Source of the DNA: Nanobdellota archaeon
GTDB taxonomy: Archaea > Nanobdellota > Nanobdellia > Parvarchaeales > Parvarchaeaceae
Direction: 5' to 3'
NCBI GenBank assembly: GCA_021818905.1
Contig: JAKASS010000004.1
Span: forward strand, 25 to 64,024
DNA: 64,000 nucleotides
A model generated the notes under the pieces. The model saw only the letters and a program-made list of their open reading frames with translations, made no database searches and was not told where the DNA came from. A program made the position numbers and the translations under genes. Below, in pieces: positions 1-10,154 of this stretch (within the stretch, counting starts at the first letter, position 1; every line of letters begins with the position of its first letter).

Positions 1-87
1 GTGTTTGTCTATCCAATCACCATATTTTTCCTTTGCAACCAAAGCCACGATTGCAGATGCGTCCAAAACTATGTCTTCAATGCCCAT
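1..87 (-). CDS. vapC: VapC/PIN-domain toxin, 5' part only (runs off the window)
   Basis: Manual translation MGIEDIVLDASAIVALVAKEKYGDWIDKH shows the PIN N-terminal VLDAS motif; start overlaps the antitoxin stop. Confidence 0.75.
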   Translation of the reverse strand, partial: MGIEDIVLDASAIVALVAKEKYGDWIDKH

Positions 88-310
88 TTTCCCTGTCTTT
101 TCTTATTATTTCCGCTGCCGAGTTCGTAACGGGTTTTTTCAAAGAATGCGATGTTTTTCTGACGTTTTCCAAAGTACTTTCCAATCTTGCCCTATGTACA
201 ATGTCTTCCATATACACTTGTATCTCTTTTGCATAGTCTATTCCTAATGCGTCTAATCGCTTTTTCAAATCTTCAGTGATCCTAACTGAAATCACTTCGC
301 TCTTTTTCAT
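77..310 (-). CDS. vapB: VapB-type (RHH) antitoxin
   Basis: 77 aa; VISVRI N-terminal strand; C-terminal SAAEIIRKDRE; directly upstream of a PIN gene. Confidence 0.75.
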   Translation of the reverse strand: MKKSEVISVRITEDLKKRLDALGIDYAKEIQVYMEDIVHRARLESTLENVRKTSHSLKKPVTNSAAEIIRKDRENGH

Positions 311-571
311 ATCATACGAAAGCCGTCTATTTTTTTATAGTTTACTATATATACACAATTAAATCTTTTAAATCCAAAGATTTTTGGCCGCTAATAAAAT
401 AAAAAAACATGAGTTTATTGCAATAATTTTTCAATGAGATGCATAAGCGTAGGAATATTAATAAAAATTGATAAGATTATATAATAAATCAATATAAAAA
501 TATAGAAATATAAGAGATAAAAGTATTTATATGATAATAATCCTTTATTAATATGAAATTAAGTTGCATTA

Positions 572-1189
572 TTGTGCGATTTATACGAAAATTATATGAA
601 ACCAGCTGAAATAATAGAAATGTTTAAAGAAAATGGCAAAAGAACGTTCAATTTATCCGAATATGCCGCTATGGCGAATAAATCTGATAAATATTCGTCA
701 TTGATACTTTCAAAAAATAAAAACATAAAAAGAATAGAAGGCGGCAAATTTTACTTAAACGACACAAATATATATGAGATCGCAAGTAACATAGTCTACC
801 CTTCGTATATATCCTTGTTTTCGGCGCTGAGATATTATAACCTTACGACTCAGACATTCAATACGATATTCGTGCTATCTCCTAAAAGCCATAAAACCCT
901 TGAAGCGGAAGGATATAAGATAAAGTTCGTGAAGATGGATAAGACTAAGATCTTTGGCTACGCACGCAAGGGCGGCGCTTTTATAGCTTCGATAGAAAAA
1001 GCGACAGTGGACTGCATTTATTTTGATCTATCCGAAGAATACGTTAAAACTGCTTTGTCCGAAGCAGAAAACATGGATTACCGGAAGCTTTTTGCCTATG
1101 CTTACTTGATGAAAAGCGAGAAGCTACTGTCAAAGCTTGGCAGGCTTATCAAAGAATCCAGTGAGAACGTAGTGTCGAACGATCAGTAA
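572..1189 (+). CDS. AbiEi-like type IV TA antitoxin/regulator (likely start ATG 596)
   Basis: PSYISLFSALRYYNL and ASIEKATVDC motifs; adjacent to an AbiEii gene. Confidence 0.8.
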   Translation: MCDLYENYMKPAEIIEMFKENGKRTFNLSEYAAMANKSDKYSSLILSKNKNIKRIEGGKFYLNDTNIYEIASNIVYPSYISLFSALRYYNLTTQTFNTIFVLSPKSHKTLEAEGYKIKFVKMDKTKIFGYARKGGAFIASIEKATVDCIYFDLSEEYVKTALSEAENMDYRKLFAYAYLMKSEKLLSKLGRLIKESSENVVSNDQ

Positions 1190-1190
1190 T

Positions 1191-1946
1191 ATGATTAGCA
1201 GAAAAGAACTTTTAGAGCAGGGGGGCCTGAATAAATTCAATGTACAGCAGTCGGAAATAGATTATCTCCAGCACATAGTCCTTGCTTTCCTGTACAAAAA
1301 CCCGCAGAACGGATTGATATTCAAGGGCGGGACTGCCTTGCAAAAGGCTTACGGTTTGGGCAGGTTTTCAGAAGACCTCGACTTCGATGCGGAAGGCGAA
1401 AACGTCAATGCTTTCATAGAAAATGCCATAAAAGGCGTTAAAAACTATTACGATCTTGATTATAAATTTACGGAGAATGGACTTTCTTCTACTTTTAATC
1501 TGAAAATAAAAGGCCCGTTATTCGATGGAAATGACATTTCAAGGGAGACTATAAGGCTAGAATTAAGCAAGCGGGAAAAGCTTTTGCTAGAAGCCGAAAA
1601 GGTCTTTATCACACCTTCTTACAAGGATCTTAAGACATACGAATTAATCGTGATGAAAAAAGAGGAGATCCTTGCTGAAAAGATCAGGGCATTGGTTTAC
1701 GGAGATCGTGCAAGAGACGTATACGACCTGTGGTTTTTGCTGGGAAAAGGGACAAAGGTGGAGAGAGAGTTGATAAACAAAAAGCTTGGCCTTTATTCAA
1801 AAGGCAAAAATCTGGCGGATTTTGATTTAGCAAAAGAAATAGAGAAAGAACGTAAAAAATGGGGCACTGAAATAAGTTTATTGACAAAGACTCTGCCTCC
1901 TTTCGATGAAGCTAAGGAAACCATCTTAGCTGCGTTAACAAAGTGA
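1191..1946 (+). CDS. AbiEii/AbiGii-family nucleotidyltransferase toxin
   Basis: IFKGGTALQK, RFSEDLDF, EILAEKIRAL and ARDVYDL motifs. Confidence 0.9.
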   Translation: MISRKELLEQGGLNKFNVQQSEIDYLQHIVLAFLYKNPQNGLIFKGGTALQKAYGLGRFSEDLDFDAEGENVNAFIENAIKGVKNYYDLDYKFTENGLSSTFNLKIKGPLFDGNDISRETIRLELSKREKLLLEAEKVFITPSYKDLKTYELIVMKKEEILAEKIRALVYGDRARDVYDLWFLLGKGTKVERELINKKLGLYSKGKNLADFDLAKEIEKERKKWGTEISLLTKTLPPFDEAKETILAALTK

Positions 1947-1978
1947 GCGGGAAATCCCGCATGCTTTAGTGGCGGGAT
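1947..1978. repeat. GC-rich hairpin resembling an IS200/IS605 subterminal end; may act as terminator
   Basis: ATCCCGC-atgctttagtg-GCGGGAT, with an alternative stem GCGGGA-aa-TCCCGC. Confidence 0.4.
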
Positions 1979-2095
1979 GGGGGCGAATAAAAGGATGGAA
2001 GCTGATCTCTTGTCGGTCACTGCATGCAGAAAGCTTTAAATACTATGTATATTCTATAAACTACTTAGTAGTAGATTAATTAAGGAGGTTTTAAA

Positions 2096-2410
2096 ATGGT
2101 AACGAAACGAAAGGTTTTAACGGAATTGCTAAAAGACGCGGGAAGCGGACTTAAATGCGCGGCGAAAGGATGGGCTACTTATTCTAAATATCCGGTGCTG
2201 TGGAGCGCCGGTGAGGCCACCGTGGCAGGATTTGTTGAAGGGGCTATTTACAGTGCGGCAGGGCTGACGGCGGGATTACTTGCGCTGAATTCGCCTTACA
2301 CAGATCTAACACTTTTAGGAATACCGATAACGATGGTCGGACGCGGCTTACATTACAAATACAGCGAGAAAAAAGCTGAATTAACCGCGCGAGAAGAATT
2401 AGATGCGTAA
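2096..2410 (+). CDS. Hypothetical small membrane protein
   Basis: 104 aa with hydrophobic segments; strong TAAGGAGGT RBS at 2081-2089. Confidence 0.65.
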   Translation: MVTKRKVLTELLKDAGSGLKCAAKGWATYSKYPVLWSAGEATVAGFVEGAIYSAAGLTAGLLALNSPYTDLTLLGIPITMVGRGLHYKYSEKKAELTAREELDA

Positions 2411-2500
2411 GAGCGATAAAAATATGGACGAAGACTTGGAAAGGAGTTTGCTATCAAAATGAGAGATTCGACACGCGAGTCTATCCTTCAGAATCACCAC

Positions 2501-5317
2501 TTATACCACAAGTTTTTTGATTACGTAATTTAGTATCCCGCCAGAGCGATAATATTCTAGCTCGATTTGGGAGTCTATACGGCTAGCTAATGTCGCGCTT
2601 GTGATCTGTCCATTGTCTGACCTTGTAAAGGTCAGCTCTATTTTGTCTCTCGGGCTCATCTCGTTCCTTAGATTGATCGATACGGGCTTGCCGAAGTCTA
2701 TCTTAAGAGACGCCGCGTCTTCGCCTTCTTTGAATTGTAATGGCATGACACCCATACCGATAAGGTTCGATCTGTGTATTCTCTCAAAGGTCTTTACGAT
2801 CACCGCTTTCACCCCTAAAAGTGCGGGGCCTTTTGCGGCCCAATCCCGGCTGCTTCCTTGTCCAAAATCTTTCCCGCCGAACACTACCAAAGGGATTTTT
2901 TCTTCCTTATATTGCGTGGCTGCATCGAATATGCTCACCTGCTTTTTGTCGGGATAATGCAAAGTAAATCCACCTTCTACACCCGGGACCATAAGATTCT
3001 TTATCAGGTTATTTGCAAACGTGCCGCGCATCATCACCTCATGGTTTCCCCTTCTTGAACCGTAAGTATTGAAGTCTTCAGTCTTCACGCCTAAAGAAGA
3101 AAGGTATTTACCCGCGGGGGTATTAGGGCTAAAACCTCCAGCCGGTGAGATATGGTCAGTAGATATTCCGTCGCCGAAAGCCGCTAAAACCCGCGCATTT
3201 TCGATTTTGGATATTTTTCTATCTTCTCCTGGGTCAAAGCCGTCAAAGAATGGGGGCAGTCTTATATATGTGCTCTTGTCTTCCCATCCATACACTTTCC
3301 CTTTAGGGATAAAAAGACCGTTCCAGTACGGATTGACTTCGAATATGTGACTTCCGTATTCTTTTTCGAACAATTCTTCTCCGACGACCTTCTTTACTAT
3401 CTGATTTATCTCATCTTTTGTTGGCCAGATGTCTTTTAGATAGACATCGTCGCCTTTGTCGTTTTTTGCCAATGGTTCAGTCGTAAGGTCTTTTAGGACC
3501 GTCCCCGCTATCCCAAACGCAACCAGTAGGGGCGGAGACATCAAATAATTTGCTCTGGTGTCCGGGTTTATCCTGGCTTCATAGTTACGATTTCCCGATA
3601 GCACACTGGCGACCGCTAGTTTGTTTTGATTTATGATACTACTCTGGGGTTCTATCAGTTGTCCTGAATTTCCTATGCAGCTTATACAGCCATAAGCGAC
3701 CAAAGAATATCCTAATTTTGCCAATGGTTCTATAAGGCCTGCTTTCTCCAGGTATCTCGTCACGACTCTAGAACCGGGCCCGAGGCTGGTTTTCACTTTT
3801 CTTGTGTCTACCTTCAGGCCTTTCTCCAAAGCTTTTTTAGCGAGCAGCCCCGCGGCGATCATTACGGCGGGATTGCTGGTATTAGTGCAGCTAGTTATAG
3901 ATGATATAACGACGTCTCCGTCGGACAGTGTAGTTTCATATCCGTCCGGATAGGTCAACTTGACGCTCTTGACTTTTTCATGATCTGTTGTGGCTCTTTG
4001 AACGCCCGCTTTTGCGACAGCACTTTCAGAAGCTAACCTCGCCAGATCCGCGGCCGTGACGCCATTTGTAAGTTTTTGTGCGGACAGGAACGTGTCTTTA
4101 AAATTATTAGGCAAAGCGCCCAGTGGCAACTGTTGCTTTGGCTGGCTTGGCCCAGATACACTGGGCACGATTTTTCCTAGATCTACCTCGAGTATATCGC
4201 TGTATTCTACTTTATTGTAGTCTATATCGAACATTTCCTGGGCTTCATAATATTTTCTTATCAATTCTAACTGTATATCTTTTCTCCCCGTAAGCTTCAT
4301 GTAAGTCAAAGTCTCTTCGTCCGGAGGAAATACCGCTATCGTCGCGCCATATTCTGGACACATATTAGAAAGCGTCGCTCTGTCTGGCAGCGAAAGACCC
4401 TTTAAGCCATCGCCCAAAAATTCGACAAACATCCCAACGACCCCCTTCTCCCTAAGCATTTTTGTCAGTGTAAGAGCAAAGTCCGTTGCAGTCGTCCCTT
4501 CCTTTAACTTTCCAGTCAAATTTACACCGAGGACTTTGGGGGTCACAAATGAGACTGGTTGATCTAGTAACGCAGCTTCGGCTTCTATCCCCCCGACACC
4601 AAAGCCGACGATGCCCAGAGCGTCTATCATAGTCGTATGGGAGTCTGTCCCGACAAGCGTGTCTGGAAAAGCGATTGTTCCGTCTTTGGTCTTCTTTAAT
4701 GTGACACACGTGCCAAGATATTCTAAGTCGACTTGGTGGCAGATCCCGGCGGATGGGGGGAATACCCTCAGGCCGCTGAAAGCCCCATTGGCCCATTTCA
4801 ATAACTGGTATCTTTCCTTGTTACGCTCCACCTCTTTCTCCTGGTTCTTTGCAAATGCATCGGGCCGATTAAAGAAGTCTACCTGCACAGAATGGTCGAT
4901 TATAAGATCAGTGGGCATTATTGGTTGTACCAAGTCCGCCGACTTTCCAAGTTTAACGACGTAATCTCGCATTGCGGCTAGGTCTACAATGGCCGGTACG
5001 CCGGTGAAGTCCTGCATCAATATTCTGGAGACCTTAAATGGTATGTCCCTATCCGCTGGATCTTTTGGGTCCCAATTTGCTAAGGCTTTGACATCCTCCC
5101 CGGTCACAGCTTTGCCGTCTAAATTTCTAAGTAAAGATTCTAGTACGACTCTTATCGAGAACGGGAGGCGTGCAAAGTCCAACCTTAGATCCCTGCCTAA
5201 AGCAGGCAGCGAGTAATAAGTTATTTCTTGAGAATCGGATAGTCTAAAGGTCGCGGTGACTCCCGAAAGTTTACTGCTCAAGCCGGCAGATTCCGATCGT
5301 ATAGTTTTCGATGCCAC
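2501..5317 (-). CDS. acnA: Aconitate hydratase AcnA
   Basis: MQDFTGVP, GTDSHT, ITSCTNTSNP, YGCISCIGNSG and GSSRDWAAKG motifs. Confidence 0.97.
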   Translation of the reverse strand: MASKTIRSESAGLSSKLSGVTATFRLSDSQEITYYSLPALGRDLRLDFARLPFSIRVVLESLLRNLDGKAVTGEDVKALANWDPKDPADRDIPFKVSRILMQDFTGVPAIVDLAAMRDYVVKLGKSADLVQPIMPTDLIIDHSVQVDFFNRPDAFAKNQEKEVERNKERYQLLKWANGAFSGLRVFPPSAGICHQVDLEYLGTCVTLKKTKDGTIAFPDTLVGTDSHTTMIDALGIVGFGVGGIEAEAALLDQPVSFVTPKVLGVNLTGKLKEGTTATDFALTLTKMLREKGVVGMFVEFLGDGLKGLSLPDRATLSNMCPEYGATIAVFPPDEETLTYMKLTGRKDIQLELIRKYYEAQEMFDIDYNKVEYSDILEVDLGKIVPSVSGPSQPKQQLPLGALPNNFKDTFLSAQKLTNGVTAADLARLASESAVAKAGVQRATTDHEKVKSVKLTYPDGYETTLSDGDVVISSITSCTNTSNPAVMIAAGLLAKKALEKGLKVDTRKVKTSLGPGSRVVTRYLEKAGLIEPLAKLGYSLVAYGCISCIGNSGQLIEPQSSIINQNKLAVASVLSGNRNYEARINPDTRANYLMSPPLLVAFGIAGTVLKDLTTEPLAKNDKGDDVYLKDIWPTKDEINQIVKKVVGEELFEKEYGSHIFEVNPYWNGLFIPKGKVYGWEDKSTYIRLPPFFDGFDPGEDRKISKIENARVLAAFGDGISTDHISPAGGFSPNTPAGKYLSSLGVKTEDFNTYGSRRGNHEVMMRGTFANNLIKNLMVPGVEGGFTLHYPDKKQVSIFDAATQYKEEKIPLVVFGGKDFGQGSSRDWAAKGPALLGVKAVIVKTFERIHRSNLIGMGVMPLQFKEGEDAASLKIDFGKPVSINLRNEMSPRDKIELTFTRSDNGQITSATLASRIDSQIELEYYRSGGILNYVIKKLVV

Positions 5318-5356
5318 TACAATGATTGATTTTCTTAAATTTAAACGATTATTTGA

Positions 5357-5905
5357 CTATAGGTATGGGCCTAGCTTTTTGGCACTTTCTTGCACACTCA
5401 GTCTCTTAATTTCGTCCGCATGCTCTGGTTCATTTCTTCTCGCTTCCCTTTTATTGTTACGTTCTTCTAATTCTTTCTGGCGGGTATAATAAGAACTTAA
5501 GATTTGTTTATAGTTTCTGCTAGCAAGGCGGTGAAGTCGCTCTTCCCATGGCCCCTCGACAAAAGGTTCTATTTCGATTTTCGCCGCGTATGGGCCCGTT
5601 TCTGTTAAATCTGATGCTTTATCTACAGGTTCGGTTGAACGCAAATGGAATAATAAATTTCCTCCTTCATAAACATAGAAATCATCTCCATAAATACAGT
5701 ATTCGCCGCTTGCGTGCACAAAACGGAAGTTCTTATAGCTGGCTTCCCAAGTTATCTCCGTTCTATAACTGTGCTCTACGCGGTGTGTAATCGCGCCGTG
5801 CTTTATAGCAGCGTACTCTATAAGTTGCAAAATCCCAAAAAGTCTTTCTGCTCTATTCTTTACTTTTTTCTCAGCTAATACAACGTCATCTAGTCTTCTA
5901 GCCAT
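5357..5905 (-). CDS. Hypothetical protein
   Basis: 182-aa ORF with an upstream TATA-like element; no recognised motif. Confidence 0.6.
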   Translation of the reverse strand: MARRLDDVVLAEKKVKNRAERLFGILQLIEYAAIKHGAITHRVEHSYRTEITWEASYKNFRFVHASGEYCIYGDDFYVYEGGNLLFHLRSTEPVDKASDLTETGPYAAKIEIEPFVEGPWEERLHRLASRNYKQILSSYYTRQKELEERNNKREARRNEPEHADEIKRLSVQESAKKLGPYL

Positions 5906-5967
5906 AACACCACTCAGTTTATGATAGTCAATGCTAATATTTATATATCCTAAGAATCTTATTTAGA

Positions 5968-6735
5968 CTAAGAATATTTACGTAAAAGATCATTTTCTAC
6001 GATCTTTGCAAGTTTAGGATTATTCTTGCGAACGAAATCCATATAGCTTACACAAAGCTCTTTGCTGGCTGGGCTTAGTTCACCCGTATCGCTGTCAACG
6101 CCTTCGGGAACCCACATTAAGTAGGCTTTTTCAAGATGCGACTTTGGGTCTTTCCTTATCTGTGGGCCAATAAGCCCCTTTACCGTATCCCATATCCAAT
6201 ACTTGCCATTTACTTTTTCGCAGAACCTTAAAACTGCCGGTAATGGAAAACCGCTTGCAATGCCGAACTCGTCGGTGTTTTTTGCGTATAAGTGGTCTCT
6301 ATTGTCATATTTGTCGGTGCTTACGCTGAATTCGATGCTAACATAGTATTTCTTTTGTCCCATGTTGAATTTGCTTCTTATGTCCACCCCTGAAAGATCG
6401 GCACAAAGACCCAATTGCTTTGTAAGTATATCCTTGATCCGTTTTCTTTCTCTTTGAGCCGCGGCATGGCCGTCGTTAAATCTTACCGGTGAATCGCTGA
6501 CACCCTCTAGGTGGAAATTGATATAACCGGCAGGCACTAATCCGTTCGAGATTAGGTATAGATTTAGGTGACTGTGAAGATCAAGGCCATAATCTTTAGC
6601 CGAGTCGTTTACTATCTCTTCTAGGCTAAGTGACTTGATCGCCTTACGTCCCATAATTCTATTATAAAGAAGCCGGATAATATATAAAACTATGATATTC
6701 GTTATTTGCTCTCTGTTTTTAAGGCCATAAGACAA
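5968..6735 (-). CDS. Hypothetical protein (true start probably MGRKAIK at 6654)
   Basis: Long ORF; TATA-like TTTATATA about 25 nt before the internal ATG. Confidence 0.6.
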   Translation of the reverse strand: MSYGLKNREQITNIIVLYIIRLLYNRIMGRKAIKSLSLEEIVNDSAKDYGLDLHSHLNLYLISNGLVPAGYINFHLEGVSDSPVRFNDGHAAAQRERKRIKDILTKQLGLCADLSGVDIRSKFNMGQKKYYVSIEFSVSTDKYDNRDHLYAKNTDEFGIASGFPLPAVLRFCEKVNGKYWIWDTVKGLIGPQIRKDPKSHLEKAYLMWVPEGVDSDTGELSPASKELCVSYMDFVRKNNPKLAKIVENDLLRKYS

Positions 6736-6886
6736 TCCTTGAACGTCGCCTTCATTTCCACCTTTTAGGTTTTTTGATCTTTACTAGAAAAGTTTCTGCC
6801 TATGATTTTTGACGCGGCATAAATTTCATGTTCTTTTATATATCTAATTTTTATCATGCGGATTTTATTTTCTAAAACCTAGATCT

Positions 6887-8305
6887 TTATTTTTTCTTTT
6901 TAGGAGTATCCGGCGAAGTAAGCTTGAAAGGGTCGAATATCTCGTCTAGCTGCTTATCCGGAAGGACTTTCATCTCTTTAGCCACGTCTTTTATGGATCT
7001 ATTCTCCTTCAGGGCCCGCTTCACGACTTCTGCAGCCTTTTCGTATCCGATGTATGGATTTAATGCGAGTCCGACGCCCGGGGTCTTGCTTACCAGCTTT
7101 TCTATCCTTTCTTTGTGGGCCACGATGCCGGTGACGGCCTTGTCTACAAAAAGCCTGATTGTCTTGTCGAGTATGTTTATGTTGTGGGTCATGCAGTAGA
7201 TTATAAGCGGCATCATTATGTTCAATTCTAGCTGCCCGGCCTGTGCGCACATCATTATGGCTTCGTCGTTCCCGATCACCTGAAAGCACACCATCACCAA
7301 AGCTTCTGCCATGCTGGGATTCACTTTGTCCGGCATTATTGATGAACCCGGTTGGACTGGTGGCAGGGATATCTCGCCAAGCCCGGTCACCGGACCAGAA
7401 TTAAGCAGGCGCATATCGTTTGTTATTTTTATCAGATCTACTGCGAGTAGCCTTAAAACGGAAGAAGTCTCCAGAAAATCGGCCATAGAAGACGTGCCTT
7501 CTGGTAAAAATTCCGTCTGCCGTAGATCAAAGCCGGTAGCCAATCTTAAAGAGTCTACCATATATTTTCGATACTCCGGGTTAGCGTTTAGCCCCGTGCC
7601 TACTGCCGTCGCGCCTATGTTTATCTCCCCAAGATTTTCTATGGCATTGTCGATTCTTCCCTCGTTTCTTCCGACCATCCTGGCCCACGTTTCGAACTCC
7701 TGCCCCAATCTTATCGGGGCGGCATCCATAAGGTGCGTCCTTCCGCTTTTGATTATCTTGTCAAACTCTCGCGCCTTGTCCATGAGCGCATCTTTAAGAT
7801 AGGTAACGGTTTCCTTTAGCCTCATCAATAGGGTTATGGTAGTTATTCTCATCGTAGTAGGTATGACATCGTTCGTGGACTGGCTTTTATTCACGTCGTC
7901 ATTTGGATGTATAAGAGAATATTCGCCCCTCTTCCCGCCTAGAAGTTCTATTGCCCTGTTAGCGATGACCTCGTTTGCGTTCATGTTGTTGGATGTCCCT
8001 GCGCCGGCCTGGTAGACGTCTACCACGAACTGGTCCCTTAGTTTTCCGCTTATTATCTCGTCCGCGGCTTTCATTATGGCCTTCGCCTTTTTTGCGCCTA
8101 AAAGACCGGATCTCATGTTCGCTTCGGCGGCGGCTCTTTTTACGATCACTAGGGAAGTTATAAATTCTGGATAAGGCCTTATACCGGATATCGGGAAATT
8201 GTCGACCGCCCGCTGAGTCTGCACGCCCCAGTATGCATCTTTAGGTACTTCGACTTTTCCAAGATAATCGTGCTCAGTCCTAAATCCCATATTAAGATTA
8301 CACAA
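6887..8305 (-). CDS. fumC: Class II fumarate hydratase/aspartase family (likely start 8290)
   Basis: GSSIMPDKVNP signature, SQSTND and GRTHLMDA; TCA context favours fumarase, but aspA is not excluded. Confidence 0.8.
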   Translation of the reverse strand: MCNLNMGFRTEHDYLGKVEVPKDAYWGVQTQRAVDNFPISGIRPYPEFITSLVIVKRAAAEANMRSGLLGAKKAKAIMKAADEIISGKLRDQFVVDVYQAGAGTSNNMNANEVIANRAIELLGGKRGEYSLIHPNDDVNKSQSTNDVIPTTMRITTITLLMRLKETVTYLKDALMDKAREFDKIIKSGRTHLMDAAPIRLGQEFETWARMVGRNEGRIDNAIENLGEINIGATAVGTGLNANPEYRKYMVDSLRLATGFDLRQTEFLPEGTSSMADFLETSSVLRLLAVDLIKITNDMRLLNSGPVTGLGEISLPPVQPGSSIMPDKVNPSMAEALVMVCFQVIGNDEAIMMCAQAGQLELNIMMPLIIYCMTHNINILDKTIRLFVDKAVTGIVAHKERIEKLVSKTPGVGLALNPYIGYEKAAEVVKRALKENRSIKDVAKEMKVLPDKQLDEIFDPFKLTSPDTPKKKK

Positions 8306-8350
8306 ACAAAGTAAATAAAAGCTATCATCCGCCCTTTATTTGGATCTTGT

Positions 8351-8845
8351 TTATAATGTCCTTATCCTTTCTACCAAGCCAAAATCCATCAGGTCCTTGC
8401 TTACGGTTTCCGGGACAAGGTGTCTCCAGCTTTTGCCATTCTTTATCTTTTCCCTGATTTTTGTGCCCGACAATTCGCTTCTTTTTACTAAGCCGGGCGT
8501 TTTTACCTTGAATCCGTTCCTGACAAGGATCTTTTTCGTCAGCGGGTTATTTGTATAGACCGAATCGAATTGAGGTAGAAGCTGCTGCAATTTAAAAGCC
8601 CACAGGTTATCGTTTCCGACGTCCTCGACAGGCACGATATAAAACTCCCTCACCTTTAGATCCCACAGGACATGCGTTATGATCACTAGCCTTTCGCCCG
8701 CGGTTAGCGGGTTCTTGTCTGTATTGGAGAATTGTGCGCTCCCTACCGCGATCACGATCGAATCGTTCGTTTTTATCATCTCCTTGAGGACAGCCAAATG
8801 CCCGTTATGGAATGGCTGGAATCTTCCTATGAATAGACCTCTCAT
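8351..8845 (-). CDS. nadM: Nicotinamide-nucleotide adenylyltransferase
   Basis: GRFQPFHNGH, NPLTAGER and SGTKIR motifs. Confidence 0.92.
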   Translation of the reverse strand: MRGLFIGRFQPFHNGHLAVLKEMIKTNDSIVIAVGSAQFSNTDKNPLTAGERLVIITHVLWDLKVREFYIVPVEDVGNDNLWAFKLQQLLPQFDSVYTNNPLTKKILVRNGFKVKTPGLVKRSELSGTKIREKIKNGKSWRHLVPETVSKDLMDFGLVERIRTL

Positions 8846-8891
8846 AAAATATTATATATAACCTAGTACATAAACTTTACCGGGACACAGT

Positions 8892-10154
8892 CTATTGTCC
8901 CTTAGATACCCTTACTTTAGCAAGCGGCTTCGGCATGCTAATTTCCGTCCCATGGCTACGTGCAAAAAGGTATGCGCCGAGTGTGGTGACTATATTTGTA
9001 AAGATTATCACGTATGTGACCAACTGTACGTAAGAACCGGCATGCGGTATCCCATAGCTTAGCGAAAGTATGGCTAGTGTCGCCGGAGTTACTCCAAGGG
9101 CGCATATAAGAGTTATGATTTTCCTATCCTTGCTAAGTGTGGATCTGAATGTGGATATTCTGCTGGCCAAGGTCCTTGTCGATACAAGTATAAGTGTAAT
9201 AGCGCCCCCGGCAAGAATGCCTAGGACGATGCTGTTCAACGCTATACTAAAAATCAACCCTAGAAATACAAAGAAAACCGTCTCTAAAAGAAAGCTCATC
9301 TCGTCTTGGAAATCTGCAAGTCTTGTCCCTAGCCAATCTATGTTTATGCCCTTTTTTATTAACTCGCCAACAAAAGAATTGTTGCCTAAGATGACGCCAA
9401 AAACTAGTACAGAAAGAAGACCGCTGCCCCCCGCCAGCGTGGTAATGACGTATGTAAGAAGGACGAGTCCGACTGTCAGTACGTAGGTGTATTTATATTT
9501 TTTGACATAATCCAAGGTGAAGAGCCAAAGAAGCGCAAGCACAAGTCCTATAACTATCCCTATAGAAAATGAAGATATCAATGAAGATGCAGCAGAGAGC
9601 AGACTTAAAGCCCCGGTTTGGTATAACCCGACAAAAGTAACGAACAGTATCACCGTGAATATAACCGTAAGCGCAGATTCTAAAGTCAAAAATGCGATTG
9701 TCTGTTCTGGAAGCTTTAAGCCCCTAGAAACTGGAACGACCACCGCTGGAGTCAGCTCTCCTCCAAGTATCGCTCCGAATATAAGCGATTGTATCCAACC
9801 CCATCCGAGTATGTAGTTTGCAAAAATCGCTATAAGGATCGTGCTGCTAAACACGTATATAATGACTTGGACTATTATTCGATTGCCTATCTGCAACAGA
9901 GTCTTGATTTTTATGTCCATGCCGCCATAAAAAAGGACCATTATAAGCGTAAGCTCAGCTATCGTACTAAGGGCCGGAAGTATTAGACTTTGTGAGATCA
10001 GACCGAGTATAGGCCCAATGACGACGCCGAGCAGGATAAGGGAAAGGACAGAAGGGACCCCCGTTCTTTTAAAAAATACGTCAGCAACAAATCCTATCAG
10101 TATAACGCCCGCAGCGACTGCAAATATCGTGCTCGGGTCTATGCTCATACCCAC
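8892..10154 (-). CDS. CPA1-family cation:proton antiporter
   Basis: About 13 TM segments; LFYGG and LESA motifs. Confidence 0.85.
   Translation of the reverse strand: MGMSIDPSTIFAVAAGVILIGFVADVFFKRTGVPSVLSLILLGVVIGPILGLISQSLILPALSTIAELTLIMVLFYGGMDIKIKTLLQIGNRIIVQVIIYVFSSTILIAIFANYILGWGWIQSLIFGAILGGELTPAVVVPVSRGLKLPEQTIAFLTLESALTVIFTVILFVTFVGLYQTGALSLLSAASSLISSFSIGIVIGLVLALLWLFTLDYVKKYKYTYVLTVGLVLLTYVITTLAGGSGLLSVLVFGVILGNNSFVGELIKKGINIDWLGTRLADFQDEMSFLLETVFFVFLGLIFSIALNSIVLGILAGGAITLILVSTRTLASRISTFRSTLSKDRKIITLICALGVTPATLAILSLSYGIPHAGSYVQLVTYVIIFTNIVTTLGAYLFARSHGTEISMPKPLAKVRVSKGQ

Noticed and set aside
2455..2495. GAGATTCGA resembling a reverse tRNA T-arm or att site
   Set aside because: No cloverleaf can be built and there is no integrase
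7320..7352. GSSIMPDKVNP instead of GSSIMPGKVNP in fumarase
   Set aside because: Falls at a variable position of the SSxMPxKxN signature; no evidence of changed function
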